Below, piece after piece: positions 60,262 to 64,000 of a stretch of 64,000 nt of DNA (its first letter is position 1; each line of letters starts with the position of its first letter). A program made the translations under genes and the position numbers. The DNA comes from the human T2T-CHM13v2.0 reference genome, Homo sapiens, in NCBI RefSeq assembly GCF_009914755.1, contig NC_060928.1. The stretch is one strand, 5' to 3'. The notes beneath the pieces were generated by a model. The model was not told the DNA's origin, searched no databases, and saw only the letters and a list, made by a program, of their open reading frames with translations.

Positions 60262-60714
60262 TAATTTTGTGGCTGCCAGTAGAAAGGTCCTCCTTTCTTG
60301 TTTCTCTGCATCCTATTCTCCATCTGCTTGTAGACCGCCTCTCAAATTCGTCCTTCTCTAACTCTTCCTCTGTCTTTTGATGACATGGTTGTTTCTTCTT
60401 TTTCCATATTTTCCTCTCAACCCATGGTTATGTAAGTCACTATGAAGTCCTTTCCTTCCAACTACCGCCATTTTGACCCTTCTGCCCATTCCCAGGATGC
60501 TTGTAATAATTCTCTGCTTGAGGTTTTTTGGACCACCCAGTTTCTGCCAACTCAGGCTGCAGATCAGCGTGAGAACCGGTTGTGGTTAAAACTTCAGAGT
60601 GCTTTTGCCCCTTTGTTAAGGATAGAATTCAGACAGCTACTTCTTCTTGTAGACGTCTGAAGGTGTAGAATGAAAGTGTTATTTCTAGTTCACCCTTATT
60701 TTGAGGACAAGTCC

Positions 60715-61192
60715 TGGCAAAGATTCTTTGTGCAGTCAAACTTCAGTCAGACTTCTGAACTTTTTCTTAGGCCTGTCTGTGCACTTTCTTATAAAATCTA
60801 GTTTTAGCAAAGAACCCTACTAAGTCAGTTTAGCAAGAACCCTCCCACCCCCAACATCTGGTCATTCTTGATCATATCCCTCATCCTCCACCCATGTCCT
60901 GGGGTAATCTCAGATCACATGAACAGCCTTCCACAGACATCCTGGCAGGTGGTTTTAGCCAGAATCCTCCTTATCCCTGATGTTTTCTCTTCATAATTTT
61001 CCACCCACTGACCCTTACCTTGCTCCTTGGCTATAAATTCCCACTTGCCCAGGCTGTATTCAGAATTGGGCCCAATCTCTCTTCCACTGAAAAATCCCAT
61101 TGTAGGGAGCCTTATATCTTTCATAGTGGTCCTTAGTAAAGTCTGCCTTACCATGCTTTCACAAGCGTCATTGAATAATTTTTCCTTTGGCA
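60715..61192 (+). mobile_element. MER31 (ERV1) solo LTR
   Basis: 'ctagttttagcaaagaaccctactaagtcagtttagcaagaacc...ccttggctataaattcccactt...aagtctgccttacc'; TG...CA. Confidence 0.85.
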
Positions 61193-61392
61193 TCCTTGCT
61201 TTGGAGGAGAGTGTTTCCTATTATTTTCCTCACTTTGCGTGGCCTTGTCTCCTGTATTTGTCTCCGCTTTAGGGCTTATCTCCTGTACTTGCAGAGCTGT
61301 GACAAAGTGAGGATTAACTTTCCAGGATTCAACTAATGCCTTCATGCTGAAGGTCATCACACGTTGAAGTGCTCCTCTGCTCTCTCGGTTAT

Positions 61393-63855
61393 TACACCCC
61401 TTGTTGTATTGGGAGTAATAGCATCTTCTCTCAACCTGGATATTGAGGACTCTATCACATGGTGAGTGTCCATCCCTTCAATATTGGTAGTAATACTAAT
61501 TTCTTCACTCCTGGATATAAGAAACAGTATCACAGGTGTGGTGTAGACCCCTTGCAATATTGGGAGTAACACCACCTCTCCCCATGTGGTTACTAGGGAC
61601 AAAATCACAGGGTGGGTGTACACTTCCTACGTTATTGGGAGTAATATCAGCCACAAACCCCCTGGATAGCAGGAACCATAACACAGAAGGGGTGTACAGC
61701 CCCCGCGATATTGGGAGTAATATCAGTCTCTTCCCCACTGCATATTAGGAACAAAATAAAGGGGGGGTCTTTATACCCCTGTGATATTGGGAGTAATATT
61801 ATTCTCTTTTCCCTGTACATTAGGAACTATATCACAGGGGGGCTGTACACCTCCTGCGATATTGGGATTACTGTTATCCTCTTCCCCACTGAATATTAGG
61901 AGTAATATCACAGAAGGGGATACACCCCCTGCGATAAGGCCGGTAATATCATCGGCTCCTTCCCTGGATATTAGGAACAATTTCACAAGGTGTGTACAAC
62001 CCCTGCGCTATTAGGAGTAATATTATTCTCTCTTCCCCTGGATATTAGAAAGAATATCACAGGCGGAGTTTACACCCCACCCCCTGCGATATTGCGGGTA
62101 GTATCATCCTCTTTTAACCTGGATATTAGGAGCAATATCACAGGGGGCGTGTACACTTCCTTCGATACTGGGAGTAACATCATCCTCTCTCCCCGTAAGT
62201 AGTAGGAAAAATATCAAAGAAGGGGTGTACATCACTTGCGATATTGAGAGTAATAGAATCCTCCCCTCACCTGGATATTAGAAATAATATCATGGGAGGG
62301 GTGTACACGGCCTGCGATATTGGGAGTAATATTATTTTCTACCCCCATGGATGTTGAGAACGATATCACAAGGGCGGTGTACACCATCTGCGATAATGGG
62401 AGTAATATCATCGTCACTCCCCCTGGATATTAGAAACAATAGCACAGGCAGATTACACACCCGCTGCAACATTGGGAGTAATATCACCCTTTCCCCCACT
62501 GGATATTAGGAACAATATGTCATGGGAGGTGTCCAGCCCATTCCATTTTGGGAGTAATATCAATTTCTTCATTGCTGGAAATAAGAAACAATATAACATG
62601 GGTGGTGTACACACCCTGTGATATTGGCAGTAATAGAGACTCCCCTCCCCCACGGGATATTAAGAACAATATCAAAAAGCGGTGTATACAGCGATATTGG
62701 GATTAATATCATGCTCTCTCCCCTGAATATTAGGAACAATAGCCAAGAAAGGGTGTCCACCCTTTCATCATTTCATCCCCCCTCTCCGTGGAGTTTAAGA
62801 ACAACACCGCAGAGTTGGTGTACACGCACTGCGATACTGAGAGTAATGTCATCCTCCTCCCCCTGAATATTAAAAACAATATCACCGAGGTGGTGTACAA
62901 CCCCCGCGATATGGCCAGCAATATCTGTGTCTCCCCCACTGGATATTAGGAACAATATCACAGGGGTGTGTACACCTCCTGCGCTATTGGGAGTAATATC
63001 CTTCTCTCTTCTTCTGGATATTAGGAATAATATCACAGGTGGGGTGTACAACTCCTGCGGTATTGGCAGTAATGTCACCCTCTCCCAACCTGGATATTCA
63101 AAACAAAATAACGGGGGGGTGTACACCCCCTGCGACATTGGTAGTAACATCATTCTCTCCCCCACTTGATATTACAAAACAATATCCCAAGAAGGGTGTA
63201 CACCCTCTGAGATATTGAGAGTATTATCATCCTCTCCCCAACTAAATATGAGGAACAATGTTGGTGCGGGGGGGTGTACACCCCCTGAGATATTGGGAGT
63301 AATATCCTCTCCCTCCCTGGATAGTAGAAACAATATCAAAGGGGTCGTGTACACCCCGTGTGATATTGGGAGTAATATGATTCTAATCCCCCCGGGATAT
63401 TAGGAAGAATATTGTGGAGGGTGTGTACACCTCTGCCATATTGTGAGTCATATCATTTCTCTTCCCCTGGATATTAGGAACAATACCACTAAGGAGTGTA
63501 CACCTCCTGTGGTACTAGGACTAATATCATCCTCTCGCCCCCTGGATATTAGGAACAATATCACAGGGGTGGTGCACACCTCCTGCGAATTTGGGGAAAT
63601 GTCATCCTCTCCACCTTTGGATATCAGAGACAATATCACAGGAGGGGTCTACGCCGCCTGCAATATTGGGAGTAATATCATCCTCTCCCCGCCCTGCATA
63701 TCAGGAACAATATCACAGAAGGGATGTACATGCACTGCGAGATTTGGAGTAATGTAATCCTCTATCCGCTGGCTATTAGGAACAACACAGGTGGTGTACA
63801 CCTTCTGCGATATTGGGAGTTATAGCATCGTCTCCCACCCAATATCAGGAATAAT
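61393..63855. repeat. SATR1/SATR2-type satellite array, ~75-76 bp unit, ~32 diverged copies
   Basis: Consensus ctggatattaggaacaatatcacagggggtgtacaccccctgcgatattgggagtaatatcatcctctcccc; unit starts at 62941, 63016, 63092 and 63167. Confidence 0.93.
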
Positions 63856-64000
63856 ATTTATTAATATTAATAACCAATATCAAGTATTAATATTAATAAA
63901 ATTATGCTAATTAATATCAATCATTACTGTTAGTAATGTGCTTACAATGAAATTAATATTATTAATATTGATAAGAATGATTAATATTAATAATCAATAT
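63856..64000. repeat. Very AT-rich low-complexity tract adjoining the satellite
   Basis: attaatattaat-type motifs continue to the window edge. Confidence 0.85.

Noticed and set aside
61357-63757. Many overlapping ORFs with repeated 'LDIRNNITGGVYTPCDIGSNII' peptides
   Set aside because: Translations of the satellite in shifting frames; the unit length varies and stops are frequent
61393-63855. CRISPR-like array (palindromic repeats with linkers)
   Set aside because: Linkers are homologous pyrimidine tracts rather than unique spacers, the repeats are diverged, there are no cas genes, and the context is primate DNA

Overview
Primate (human-like, simian) nuclear DNA that is AT-rich and dominated by repeats. 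I find no protein-coding exon, RNA gene, CpG island or CRISPR array that the sequence can support. The ORF track is almost entirely Alu, L1, LTR and satellite read-through; only the L1 ORF2 remnants (e.g. 55700-56378) derive from a recognisable gene. The window holds 23 Alus (many with readable TSDs), several L1 fragments of different ages, L2/MIR/CR1 remnants and about 20 LTR elements. The LTR set includes two complete MaLR proviruses (THE1 at 21003-23219 and MST at 31375-33857) and solo LTR1, MER21, MER31 and MER67 LTRs. DNA transposons include MER58, MER6A, a Zaphod/MER115-like element, Tigger3a, MER63, MADE1 and Tigger2a. The most distinctive structure is a ~2.5 kb SATR1/SATR2-type satellite at 61393-63855, in which each ~75-76 bp unit is a ~58 bp imperfect palindrome. 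Also notable are a ~140 bp dispersed duplication, several exact micro-duplications, deep nesting of elements and deletion scars. Subfamily calls come from remembered consensus sequences, not a database search. Boundaries of old repeats are approximate. I do not see a convincing novel gene system.
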